DNA of 58,088 nt from Glaciecola sp. (lineage in GTDB: Bacteria > Planctomycetota > UBA1135 > GCA-002686595): contig JBLFXY010000001.1 of assembly GCA_047611645.1 (NCBI GenBank), positions 1 to 58,088 of the forward strand, in the 5' to 3' direction. Each line of letters opens with the position of its first letter. Position 1 is the stretch's first letter. A model generated the notes under the pieces. That model saw only the letters and a program-made list of their open reading frames with translations, did not search any database and was not told the origin of the DNA. The translations under genes were made by a program, and so were the position numbers. Below are positions 17,520 to 27,319 of this stretch, in pieces.

Positions 17520-17678
17520 CTGAATCGCTCGCGTAATCCTAAGCCTCCAAAGAGCAAGTAGCCGTAGCGGGCCTTGAAGGAGTCCGGATCCTGACGGACG
17601 TCCCACCTCGTTCGTATTCCTATTCATTTTCGTATCGGTCTTCATTTGGTTTTCCTTTCGGTTGCTCGCGACGTCCTA

Positions 17679-18380
17679 CTACCTCAAAGGTGAAGCGGTG
17701 GCAGTCCCAATTGATCGTTTCGTACTTTCTTGCCGGCCTCGATGGGTCGACTTGTGATGGACGTTTGTGGCAGCTTTTCGATTTCGTCGAATCAGTAGTT
17801 CCGCTATCCCCAAGTGCAGTATCCACGCAAAGGATTGAATGCTCTCGTCCAAGACCGGATGAAGCTCGCCTAGGACAAGAACGAACGGAGCCACGAGGAA
17901 AATCAACGTCCCCGCAGGCATGGCAACCGCAAAGGCTCGGACCATCCATTCGCCATGACGCTTAAAATCCCTTCTACCGATTGCGAGCACCCCAAGTACA
18001 AGGAAGAGCGCCCAAAGGGGTCCGAAAACCAGTCGGCCGTAGAGCAAAATCGGCCCCCTGGCTTCCTGATGCAGAGCGCTCATCCAGATGCTTGAGCTGG
18101 CCCCGGCCAAGCCGGCCACTACGACCACTTTCCCAGCCTTTCGGTGCCACTTCGGATAGCGCGCGCGAAATCTCGGAAGCACCTGTAAGGCCGCCAATGG
18201 GTAGTAAAACCCTGAGCAAAGTACATGAACGAATAACGGCAGCCTGTCAACGCGATCCGGTTCGAACTTAAAGGCCCACACCCCGTCGAGGATGATGGTT
18301 GTACTTCGGTAGATTCCTGCAAGCACAGGTACGACGCAGGCAAGAAAGAGTGCTGCGGGAACTATCCAGCGAGCCTTCAA
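17679..18380 (-). CDS. DUF2306-family membrane protein
   Basis: Six predicted TM helices with PLFVHVLCSGFYYPLAALQ...RKAGKVVV...FKRHGEWMVRAF, the DUF2306 pattern. The start overlaps the upstream HTH gene stop. Confidence 0.6.
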   Translation of the reverse strand: MKARWIVPAALFLACVVPVLAGIYRSTTIILDGVWAFKFEPDRVDRLPLFVHVLCSGFYYPLAALQVLPRFRARYPKWHRKAGKVVVVAGLAGASSSIWMSALHQEARGPILLYGRLVFGPLWALFLVLGVLAIGRRDFKRHGEWMVRAFAVAMPAGTLIFLVAPFVLVLGELHPVLDESIQSFAWILHLGIAELLIRRNRKAATNVHHKSTHRGRQESTKRSIGTATASPLR

Positions 18381-18631
18381 CCTTTCTCCTTCGCGCTCAT
18401 TTCATCGGAGCTGCCCCCGCCTTCATCAACGACGAACACCTCGTCCAACGTCTTGCCGAGGGCTCGGGCTATCAGGATTGCCAATTCCAGAGTCGGTGAA
18501 TACTTCGCCTTCTCGATGGCCAGAATGGTCTGCCGAGTCACGCCGACTCTCTCGGCAAGAGCTCGCTGGGTCATCTCACCGTTCTCGAAACGGAAGCGGC
18601 GGATGTTGTTGATTATCTTGAGCCGTTCCAT
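18377..18631 (-). CDS. XRE-family (YozG-like) helix-turn-helix transcriptional regulator
   Basis: MERLKIINNIRRFRFENGEMTQRALAERVGVTRQTILAIEKAKYSPTLELAILIARALGKTLDEVF. ATG 18631 is preferred. Confidence 0.8.
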   Translation of the reverse strand: MERLKIINNIRRFRFENGEMTQRALAERVGVTRQTILAIEKAKYSPTLELAILIARALGKTLDEVFVVDEGGGSSDEMSAKEKG

Positions 18632-18632
18632 A

Positions 18633-19079
18633 TCAAGCGCTGAGCCGGTACCCCGCAAGCCGAACCAGGTTCCCAATAAGGTCGCCGACAGTCGCTGAAA
18701 CGTAGATCAGGATGATGCCGTTCAGCGGCTTCCATCCAAGGGACAGACCGACCAGAGACGCGACAAATCCAAGTCCAAATATGATCGTCGTTGCGCTCAT
18801 TCCTCGCAGTCGAAACATCCTGTCGCGCTCATCCATAGTGGAGCCGGATACGCGACCCTTCGACGCGAGTGCAAAGACCACGTTCAGGACAATCGTCAGC
18901 CCAATGAATCCTGGAATTGCCCATACCACCATCTTTGCCCACAGCATCGTGGCGTCGGCACCGTCCAAGGCGCCGTCCCCCGACAAGCCCAGGTGCCCGA
19001 AGAGCACATACCCGTTCATGAGGAGGTTGGTGACGACAGCAACGATGCTGGCTCGTTCCTGGTGGCATAGGTCGGTCAT
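18633..19079 (-). CDS. small four-TM membrane protein (DUF2178-like partner of YozG-type regulators)
   Basis: Hydrophobic 148-codon ORF ending 1 nt before the HTH gene start, which is the usual membrane-protein plus small-HTH pairing. Confidence 0.55.
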   Translation of the reverse strand: MTDLCHQERASIVAVVTNLLMNGYVLFGHLGLSGDGALDGADATMLWAKMVVWAIPGFIGLTIVLNVVFALASKGRVSGSTMDERDRMFRLRGMSATTIIFGLGFVASLVGLSLGWKPLNGIILIYVSATVGDLIGNLVRLAGYRLSA

Positions 19080-19457
19080 GATGAGATAGGTCTACAAGGG
19101 ATTACCGGATGGAAAGCTTCCTCGACCCAAGGTATAGCAAACTTGACACGGAGTCAACAAAACCAGACCGAGCCGTCCTTACTGCCCCTTGAGAACCTCC
19201 GTAACGGGGAGATCCCTGGTCTCGGACGGATCGTGACGACCCCATTGGCATCAAAACCCAACCGCGCTGGATCTGGCTTCCTGGGTCGGGTGAAGACCCA
19301 CTTGGGTCCCATGTCGAGGCAAGGCCGCGGCCCAAGACCCTCCTCTGTAAGGCGTAAGCACACCGCCCACCCCCGGATGAATTCCAAACACGGGATGGGT
19401 CACCTTTCGCACCATATGCGTTAGAACCAGCAACCCGCACTCCAAGTCCCCTGTCCC

Positions 19458-20645
19458 ATGCTGCCGATTCTCCTTCTACTTCTGCCCCTCTCGACCCCCT
19501 GCGCACAGGGGTCCTCGGCCGAGACCGTCACCGCGACCATGCACGCGCAGGACGACCTCACCGAAACCGAGCAGCTGACGGCCCAATTCAGTCAGGCCAA
19601 AACCGTCCAGGATCTCGATGCCGCCTTCGAAGCATTGATAGCCCTTGCCGAGTCTGACGTCGAAGCCGAAGGGGCCCTGATAGAAGCCTTTCAAGCTCGC
19701 TGGACGAATAGCTGGGCCCGGGTTACCAAGGGTGGTTTCGTGCGCAAACTAGAGAAGCTGGCCAAGAAACGGAAAGACCTAGACGAGGCTCGCAAAGCAG
19801 CCCTGACTCTAATATTCGACGAAAAGCGCTTCTTCTATCCCTATCGCCAACCGGAGGTCAGCGCCAAAAAGGCCGCCGAGTATCCCGGGGTCAAGCGCGA
19901 GGTGCTTTCGTTCGTCAAGGAAGTCCACAAGGTTTGGAAGTCGACGCCCAAGGTCCGCGTCCCCAAAAGCACAAAGGCCGACCTGGTCGAATTGCAATGG
20001 CTCACGGATCATGCAAAGCAAGCCGAGGCCACATTGGAAATGCCAGAAGGCTCTCCCGCATGGCTGCAATTCCTTCCGAGCGATGTGGACACGCTAACCT
20101 TCGAGAACTTCCCCCTCACCGAGGTGGAGTCCCTACGCATGATCCGCGACGCGAAGGTCCTAGCGTACAACGAAGAAATGTGGGCAGCGCAGAAGCCGGC
20201 CAAAAAGCGCGGGCGCGACAAACCTAAACCCGGCGAAACCGAACGCTTAGCATCGGAAGCCGAACGCGAGCAAGTTCGCATCACCAATCGCTACCGCCTA
20301 GCCATGGGACATCGCGCAGTGACTTGGGATGCGGACCTGCAAGCCGCCACGCGCATGCACAGCGACTACATGGCTAAAACGGGTGAATTCAGCCACTACG
20401 AAAAAGACCCCGAGCGCAAGACGCCCTTCGATCGCATGCGTTTGGTGGGCTACACGCGCGGAGCCAGCGAAAACTGCAGCAACGGCGCCGGCGATCCCCA
20501 AGGCGCCCACGACGGCTGGCTCGGATCCAGCGGCCACCACCGCAACCTGCTGAACCCCAATCACTTTCAAATGGCCTCCGCCGGCAAGGGCCCCTACTGG
20601 ACCCAAAACTTCGGCGTCGACAGCAGAGCCGAGAAAGACCTCTAG
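19458..20645 (+). CDS. secreted CAP (SCP/PR-1-like) domain protein
   Basis: Signal peptide MLPILLLLLPLST. The C-terminus reads TNRYRLAMGHRAVTWDADLQAATRMHSDYM...GASENCS...GWLGSSGHHRNLLNP...YWTQNFG. Confidence 0.75.
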   Translation: MLPILLLLLPLSTPCAQGSSAETVTATMHAQDDLTETEQLTAQFSQAKTVQDLDAAFEALIALAESDVEAEGALIEAFQARWTNSWARVTKGGFVRKLEKLAKKRKDLDEARKAALTLIFDEKRFFYPYRQPEVSAKKAAEYPGVKREVLSFVKEVHKVWKSTPKVRVPKSTKADLVELQWLTDHAKQAEATLEMPEGSPAWLQFLPSDVDTLTFENFPLTEVESLRMIRDAKVLAYNEEMWAAQKPAKKRGRDKPKPGETERLASEAEREQVRITNRYRLAMGHRAVTWDADLQAATRMHSDYMAKTGEFSHYEKDPERKTPFDRMRLVGYTRGASENCSNGAGDPQGAHDGWLGSSGHHRNLLNPNHFQMASAGKGPYWTQNFGVDSRAEKDL

Positions 20646-20916
20646 GGCACAATAAACAATCGGGCTTTACCAAGCTCTGTCTCCCTTGCGCAGCCCCAAT
20701 TGGGTGCTTGAGGCGGTCCAATGATGATTGGGCCAGACGCGCCCGCGGAGTGGTAGGATGCGTTGGCGACCGTTTTAAACCGGTGTGCCCTGCAGTGCGT
20801 TGGCCAGGTGCTCGCCCCCCATGGGCTAAGTACGGCCCCAATGTTGCCGGCTGTGTGACCTTCCACCGGGCTGAAGCGCATCGAGTCGCCACACCAAGGC
20901 CCACTCATTCAGCGTT

Positions 20917-23026
20917 ATGATTTTTAATTTTCTCCCCTTGGTGCTGCTGGCGATCGCAGCGTCCCCCGACAAGCTCATCGTTACAAAGGGACCGTTGCCC
21001 GATGGTGGTAGTTACGAGATTCAAGTTCGCAATGAGAAGGATGGCTCCCAGCGCAAACACGGGTATGCCAAGTACTTCGATGCTGCTGGCAAGCTAGAGC
21101 TATCTGGAAGGCACGCCAAGGGACTTCGAACAGGCAAGTGGGAAGCATGGCACCCGGGTGGCATTCAGTCCTGGAAAGGTAGCTATAAGAAAGGCATCCG
21201 CTGCAAGGAATGGCGCTGCTACAACGCCAAGGGTACGCAGATCGACCATCTAACCGGGACATGGGCCCTCTCGGATGAGCGTGGATTCGGGGATGCGATT
21301 CGTTTGGCCGGATACACCGTAGATGGAATTCCCCAGGGGTATTGGCGATTGGATTGGTGGAATGGGCAGCTCTTCACTTCCGGCGTCCGGAATAATGGCC
21401 TCCGCGAAGGACCGTGGGCAATGCAGCACCCGGACGGTAGTCCCGCTTCAGGATTAGCTACCGGAGTATTTATAGCGGGCAGGTGGATTCGCCCAGTGGG
21501 TGATGCACCCGCCACCGATCTTCATATTGTCAGCCTCGACCTTCCCGACCCAAAACCGTACAAACGCAAGGACCCCGCAAATACCAGGAACGCCCAAGCA
21601 CTTCTGGAAACCCTCAAGGTGACCGAGCAACGGTTGAAAGACGTTGCAGCGCTCGACTCCGATCAACGCGACCAAATGCTCGGCGAGCTTGCCGGATTCT
21701 TCGGAGGGCATGGACTCGGATGGAGCTGGGGAACAGAACCAGCCGACGAGGAAACCCGGGCAGAGGCCATCAAATCCGCTCACACGCTGATTACACTACT
21801 TGGCAATGACACCTATTTCTGGGCGTTACCGGGAGACGGATCCGCCCCCCCCGAGGACGCGACCACCCAGAGCCCTTTCTTTCAAAAGCTCTCGCCATTC
21901 AAGGAGAACTGGGGTTTTCCGCAACAGCTTGCAAGAACGGTCTATCGGGAGCGAACCGTGCGTTCCATGCAAACCGGAAAGAGCCGCAAAGCAGAAAACG
22001 GCGCAATCGACGCAAGCCTGGCGTGGCTCGCTAGCATTCAGAAGCCCAACGGGCGTTGGCCCCGAATGGACACCCATACATCCAAGGGCGCTGAACACGA
22101 AGTGGGTTTGACTTCCTTGGCTTTGTTGGCGTTCCTGGCTAACGATAGCCAGCCCCTAAATGGCCCGCACTCGGGCACCATTGTTCGCGGACTGAACGCC
22201 CTTATCGACGCCCAGGGCCGCAATGGAATCATCAAGGCCAAAGACACTGGGCTGCATGTAATCTACGGGCATTGCCTCGCAACAATCGCCCTTGCAGAAG
22301 CTTTTGGAACCTCTGGGCACCCCGCCCTACTCGAGCCAACTCAACGCGCAGTGGCTTTCTTGCTTAAAGCAAAGAACCCCCACGGCGGGTGGCGATATTC
22401 AACCACCAGCCCAGGTGACACGGATACATCCGTCACCGCCTGGGCCTATCAAGCGCTCTATTCTGCGCACCTCGTCGGGATCCCGATCGAAGATCAGGTC
22501 ACTGCGAATGTGCTTGATTGGGTTGATTCCGTAACAGATACAAGCACGGGTCGAGTGGGGTATATCGGACCTGTACCCGGTGGGCGATCCTCACGCGTGA
22601 TCGAAATCAACGACCAGTTCCCGCCGGAGCATGGGGAACCTATGACCGCTGCGGGCTTAGTCATTCGGAGTCTCGCTTTCAGGGCCGAAGGCCTGGAGAT
22701 CAACTCGGCGCCGAACATTTGCGAAATCCATGAAGACCTCATGGCTCGCTCGCCGCTCTCCTGGGAAGAGGATCGACAGGACTCCTACAATGCCTACTTC
22801 TCGAGCTTGGCATGTTCCATAGCACCGCCGAGGCTAAAAGGAAAATCACCCCTTCCCAAATGGCGCAAGACCGCTGTTAATTTGATCCTGAAAGGAGCAA
22901 GTCAAAAAAGGAACCACCGCCGGCTCTTGGGACCCCATCGATGCCTGGGGCTCATACGGCGGCCGAGTGTTCACCACCGCCATGTACACCCTATCGATCG
23001 AGAATCAGTGGCGATTTGCCCGATGA
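20917..23026 (+). CDS. MORN/YwqK-like repeat N-terminus fused to a prenyltransferase/squalene-oxidase-repeat (alpha/alpha toroid) domain, with an apparent frameshift in A6 at 22904-22909
   Basis: MORN-like G.W..W...G repeats at the N-terminus, then ASLAWLASIQKPNGRWP, LLKAKNPHGGWRYS and DTDTSVTAWAYQAL. After the A6 run the next frame reads KKGTTAGSWDPIDAWGSYGGRVFTTAMYTLSIENQWRFAR*, the expected family C-terminus, ending at 23026. The annotated frame instead runs to 23043 with an unrelated basic tail. Confidence 0.7.
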
Positions 23027-23039
23027 CAAGCTTCCTTCC

Positions 23040-23669
23040 TTAGGAAGCGTCGCGCGTCAATTCAGTCTCTTGCTTTGCAGCTACGAGCAGCTGCTCGATG
23101 CGTTCGGCTCGTAGGTCGGACAGTTTGCGGCCCACCCAACTCAGGCCATAAGCCGGCACGGACCAAACCATCGCCCAGAGTATGGCGGTCACCACATTTT
23201 CCAAGATGGCGTACTCCTGAATGCCTATGAGCGTAGCGACCAGGAAGATCGCGGGTCCAATGCCGATGCAAGCGCACAACCAAGGCCAAATCACACGATG
23301 ATTCAACATCGAGGAACGCCGAGTCAGCAAACCAATGGCATCCCACAAGATCCAACCCAGGATGACAGGGAAAGCGATCGCCCAGCCCTGTCCCATGCCA
23401 CCGCCATGGATTGTGGTCAACATGAAGAACGTCAGGCCGCCGAGGGAAGCAGCGACTAGCGCCTTCGCTGTGGCTTCCATCCTCCTAATCGAAGGATCCT
23501 GATTCCAATAAACCGTCTGATCCACGCGCAGGTTGCGTGCCCCACAAGCTGGGCAATTCTCAGACGCACCGCTGACTGTGAACGGATAAAAACAAGTCAA
23601 ACACGTCAACGGCGAGGATCTCCGCTTGCGCTTTTTCCTGGGTTGTTCGGGGTGCTTGTGAAAGTCCAT
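23040..23669 (-). CDS. zinc-ribbon plus multi-TM hypothetical membrane protein
   Basis: N-terminal CLTC...CPAC pair followed by about four hydrophobic helices. No family is recognised. Confidence 0.55.
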   Translation of the reverse strand: MDFHKHPEQPRKKRKRRSSPLTCLTCFYPFTVSGASENCPACGARNLRVDQTVYWNQDPSIRRMEATAKALVAASLGGLTFFMLTTIHGGGMGQGWAIAFPVILGWILWDAIGLLTRRSSMLNHRVIWPWLCACIGIGPAIFLVATLIGIQEYAILENVVTAILWAMVWSVPAYGLSWVGRKLSDLRAERIEQLLVAAKQETELTRDAS

Positions 23670-23743
23670 GGCGAGCTATTCCTGTACCTCCAATATACGC
23701 CAGGCGCCTCGGAAATATTCTCTGTGCGCCCCACGGAATCTCG

Positions 23744-24641
23744 ATGGTAGTCGCTCATTCGACTGAAACAGTACTATCGTCCCCATGCTCTCGAAAACTG
23801 CGGCCATCACCAGGCTCCAATCCGCGCGGGCCCTGCCCCCCAAGCGACCTGGCCTCGATATCGCAGCATTGTGCTCGTTTGGGCGCGGAAGATCGCTCGG
23901 ATTTGGAAGCCACGCTCCGGCCGGACGTGCAATCGGAGTTCGATGCCCGTTTTCTGGCCGAGCACCTAGCCAAGCAACCTTGGATTCTTTTCGCGCCAAT
24001 GGGTGTGGTCCTCGAACAATGGTTGGTCGACGAAGAATTGCATCAGCTGCTCTTCCTCCAGGTATACGAAGCAGCTTTCCCCGCTCGATTCGAGGACCTG
24101 CAAAGCGACCTAGCTCAACGCCATCAAGATGTCGCTTTCGGGCCCCTGAAGCATCTGATGGAGGATGAATTCGAAGTCCTTTGCCTGATGGCCTACAACG
24201 AGTTGACCACGATAAAAGCCTTACCAGGCGCTCTTGCCGCAGTACTGCAAACTCGGCCCGAGCATGGAGCCGTTACCGCGCTTGGTCATCCGCGATGAGG
24301 GACGGCACTATGCGACATTCGCTCGTATTCTGCGCACGCATTACGCACAGCGCCTTGGCGAACCCCCTGCACAGCTCGAAAAGATCCGGGCCCATGAAGG
24401 AATTCCCTACGCCAATACTTTCGTGATCGATCACGATGATGGGATCTGGACCGATTTTATTTTTGATCGATCGGTCTTCCAGCTGAAGCGATCATTGGGC
24501 CAAGCTCGAGATTTTGCCTGCCCTAGATCAGGCCCGGCCTGCTGGGTCCCCAAGATGCCCAAGACTCTGACCCGCCCAGCAGGTTCAGCCTCGTCGCGGC
24601 TCATCGGTTGCCTGCTTATAAAGTACCCAACGGGTAATTAA
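23744..24641 (+). CDS. ferritin-like / diiron (acyl-ACP-desaturase-like) protein, split by an apparent frameshift between about 24213 and 24296
   Basis: Frame 1 reads ...HLMEDEFEVLCLMAYNELTTIK. The next frame reads KPYQALLPQYCKLGPSMEPLPRLVIRDEGRHYATFARIL... to 24641. The EDE...E and DEGRH motifs look like diiron ligands. The family call is tentative. Confidence 0.5.
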
Positions 24642-24728
24642 GGCAGAAATCGAACCGTCACGCTATTGTGTGCTCTCCCCCCAACCCGGCTTCGGCCGAA
24701 CCACTTATCCCCCCCCACGGACGAACGA

Positions 24729-26615
24729 GTGAGTGAAACAAAACCGTATCGCGAACTGACGGCCCCCAGCCTGATCGGCGGCATCCTTGTAGGTGCCTTG
24801 CTGAACATGGGTATCGTTTTCGCTGGCCTGCAAATTGGCTTCACCATCGTGGGTTCCACGGTCGGTGCCATCCTCGGATTTGGACTGCTACGCGGCATCA
24901 TGCGTAAGGGTTCGATTCTGGAGGTCAACATCTTCCAGACCATCGCGTCGTCGGTGAACACCGTCAACGCGGGTGTGATTTTCACCGTGCCGGTGTTGTT
25001 CATACTGGGCTTTAAGGCGGAGGGCGTGCATTGGGCCCTGGGCACTGGCGAGTGGGCCGCACTGGCCTTGGCTTGCATGGCTGGCTCCCTACTCGGGGTG
25101 GTGATGATCATCCCCTTGCGACGCCAGATCATCGATTACGAGCGTTTGCGCTTCCCCTCGGCCGTCGCCGTGGCTGCAATCCTCAAGTCCCCCGGCGCGG
25201 GCATGCAAAAGGCCGTGCTGCTGGTCATAGGCATCGCCATCTCCGCCCCCATCGCCTTCTGCACCATGAGTTGGGGGGAAGGGGGGGAGTCCCTCTTACC
25301 CGGCAGCTTCAACTTGGGTCAGGCATTCGGAGCCCCGTCAGGCCTGCGACTTGTTTTCGCGGTCAGCATGCTCACCCTGGGCGCTGGTTTCCTTGCCGGT
25401 AGAGCGGGTTTAGCGATTCTCTACGGAACCATCCTCAACTTCTGGATTCTGATTCCGTGCTGCGTGTATCTCGGTTGGGTGCCGCCCGGCTTCTCGGACT
25501 TCGAGTTCTTCGGCCAGAGTGAGAGGGCATTCACGGATGCCAATGGTCTGGCCCATGCCTTCCGAGATTTCACGTCCAACAAAGTGGGTATTGGAATGAT
25601 CCTGGGCGGAGCCATCGCCGGGCTGCTTGTGGCATTGCCCGCATTGAAAGCAGCCATCGCGAGCCTCAAAGCCTCCGGTGGCCGCCAAGGTCGTCAGGAA
25701 GAAATGTCTTTCGGCACGATCCGCGTGGGAATGATCATCGGCAGCGTGCTCCTGTTCATCGCCGCCAAACTTTCCGGTGGCGAGGCCGTGAGTTACGGCA
25801 CCGCCTTCCTGGTCACGGCTGCCGGCTTGATCTGGCTCTGGCTGGCCGGCTTGGTTGTGGCGCAAACCACAGGCCGAACCGATTGGTCTCCCCTCTCAGG
25901 TTTGGCCTTGATCGCAATCGCCATCCTGATGGGCATCTTGGGTGCGAAAAGTCAGGAATCAATCCTGCCTGCCGTCACCATCGGTGCTGCCATTTGCGTA
26001 GCCACTTCCATGTGCGCCGACATGATGGCCGACCTGAAAACCGGCTACCTGGTGGGAGGCCGCCCGCTCAAGCAGCAAACGGCTCAACTGCTGACCTGCT
26101 GGATCGGCCCCGGCATCGCGCTGGCTACCGTTGTCCTACTCTGGCAGGCCTTCGCCTTTGGTCCGCAACAAGCCGAGATCCTTTACCAAAGGGCCGTTGC
26201 CGCTGGCCCTGAGGCCGTCGCTGTTCTGGAAGCCGCTGGCGGAAGCGCCCAAACCCTTGCGGATGGCATTCCCGCCTTGGGTGCCCCGCAAGCTTCAGCC
26301 CTGGATGCCGCTATCACCATGGTTCAATCCGACAACGTACCCATTGGCAAGTATCTGACGGGATTCATCGTCGGCCTGGCGGTCTCCATCCTAGTTTCTC
26401 CTGGACTTGGAGTCATGATCGGCCTCTCGCTCTACCTGCCGTTCATGTACATGATCGTTTTTGGTATTGGCGGCCTGCTCTCGATCCTTCTGACGCGCAT
26501 CTTCGGAGCACGCCAGGTGGAAAGTAAAGGTGTTCCGCTCGCCGCGGGACTGATCGTTGGAGATGCCTTAGTCGGAATCGTAAACGCCGTCATCAAAGTC
26601 GCAGGGTCGCTATGA
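24729..26615 (+). CDS. OPT-superfamily oligopeptide transporter
   Basis: YRELTAPSLIGGILVGALLNMGIVFAGLQIGFTIVGSTVGAILGFGLLR... and more than 14 TM helices. The start is either GTG 24729 or the ORF start at 24666. Confidence 0.75.
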   Translation: MSETKPYRELTAPSLIGGILVGALLNMGIVFAGLQIGFTIVGSTVGAILGFGLLRGIMRKGSILEVNIFQTIASSVNTVNAGVIFTVPVLFILGFKAEGVHWALGTGEWAALALACMAGSLLGVVMIIPLRRQIIDYERLRFPSAVAVAAILKSPGAGMQKAVLLVIGIAISAPIAFCTMSWGEGGESLLPGSFNLGQAFGAPSGLRLVFAVSMLTLGAGFLAGRAGLAILYGTILNFWILIPCCVYLGWVPPGFSDFEFFGQSERAFTDANGLAHAFRDFTSNKVGIGMILGGAIAGLLVALPALKAAIASLKASGGRQGRQEEMSFGTIRVGMIIGSVLLFIAAKLSGGEAVSYGTAFLVTAAGLIWLWLAGLVVAQTTGRTDWSPLSGLALIAIAILMGILGAKSQESILPAVTIGAAICVATSMCADMMADLKTGYLVGGRPLKQQTAQLLTCWIGPGIALATVVLLWQAFAFGPQQAEILYQRAVAAGPEAVAVLEAAGGSAQTLADGIPALGAPQASALDAAITMVQSDNVPIGKYLTGFIVGLAVSILVSPGLGVMIGLSLYLPFMYMIVFGIGGLLSILLTRIFGARQVESKGVPLAAGLIVGDALVGIVNAVIKVAGSL

Positions 26616-27223
26616 AGTTTGTCGCAAACATCCTAATCGTCGTTGGATTCTGCCTGGGCGCCCTGGGCGCCACAGGCTTCCACAATCCGGCCCTTTCCGC
26701 ACAAGCGCCCGAGGTCGACGCTGGCAATGTGGTGGAGGTCATTGAAAAAGGCCCCGACGAAGCACCCAGCCGGGAGGAGAATGCCATGCTGCTGTTCCTG
26801 GTCGGATTGGGAGTTTTGATCGGTGGCGGCTTCATAAGCAAATTCGCCAACGGCTCAACCGGGCTAGCGGCGGAAGATCACCACGCGCAGGATGCGGCGC
26901 TGCTGGGTCAACTCGCGGCTATCGAAACGTCCCTGCGTGAGCTGCACGGCAAGGCCGCAGACATGGCCTCCGCGGACCTGCACCAGGCGATCTCCGACAT
27001 GTCCGAGGGGCCCATCTATGAAGTGACGAGTGAGTTCGAACATTGGACCGCAATGCTGGGATTCGACCGCTATTCACAGGTATGGACGGGTGTCGCCACT
27101 GGGGAACGCCTGGTGAACCGCGCCTGGTCCATGGAAACCGACGGGCACGCCCAGGAAGCCATCGACGAGCTCAAATTCGCCGCGGATGCCTTTGCTGAAG
27201 CCCAAGGGCAACTCAAAAATTAG
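26612..27223 (+). CDS. hypothetical membrane-anchored protein, translationally coupled to the OPT gene
   Basis: ATG 26612 overlaps the OPT stop (ATGA). It has two hydrophobic segments and then a helical acidic domain. No family is recognised. Confidence 0.6.
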   Translation: MKFVANILIVVGFCLGALGATGFHNPALSAQAPEVDAGNVVEVIEKGPDEAPSREENAMLLFLVGLGVLIGGGFISKFANGSTGLAAEDHHAQDAALLGQLAAIETSLRELHGKAADMASADLHQAISDMSEGPIYEVTSEFEHWTAMLGFDRYSQVWTGVATGERLVNRAWSMETDGHAQEAIDELKFAADAFAEAQGQLKN

Positions 27224-27261
27224 CGGACTGGGGCGCGCCCCAAGGTGCTTTTCCGACAAGC

Positions 27262-27297
27262 AAACGCCCGGCCTCCATTTAGAGTCCGGGCGTTTTT
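27262..27297. terminator. rho-independent terminator between convergent genes
   Basis: A 10-bp stem, aaacgcccgg (27262-27271) paired with ccgggcgttt (27286-27295), followed by a T-run. It is also T-rich on the other strand. Confidence 0.75.
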
Positions 27298-27319
27298 GTG
27301 TCATGCAAAAAGCCCCAGG

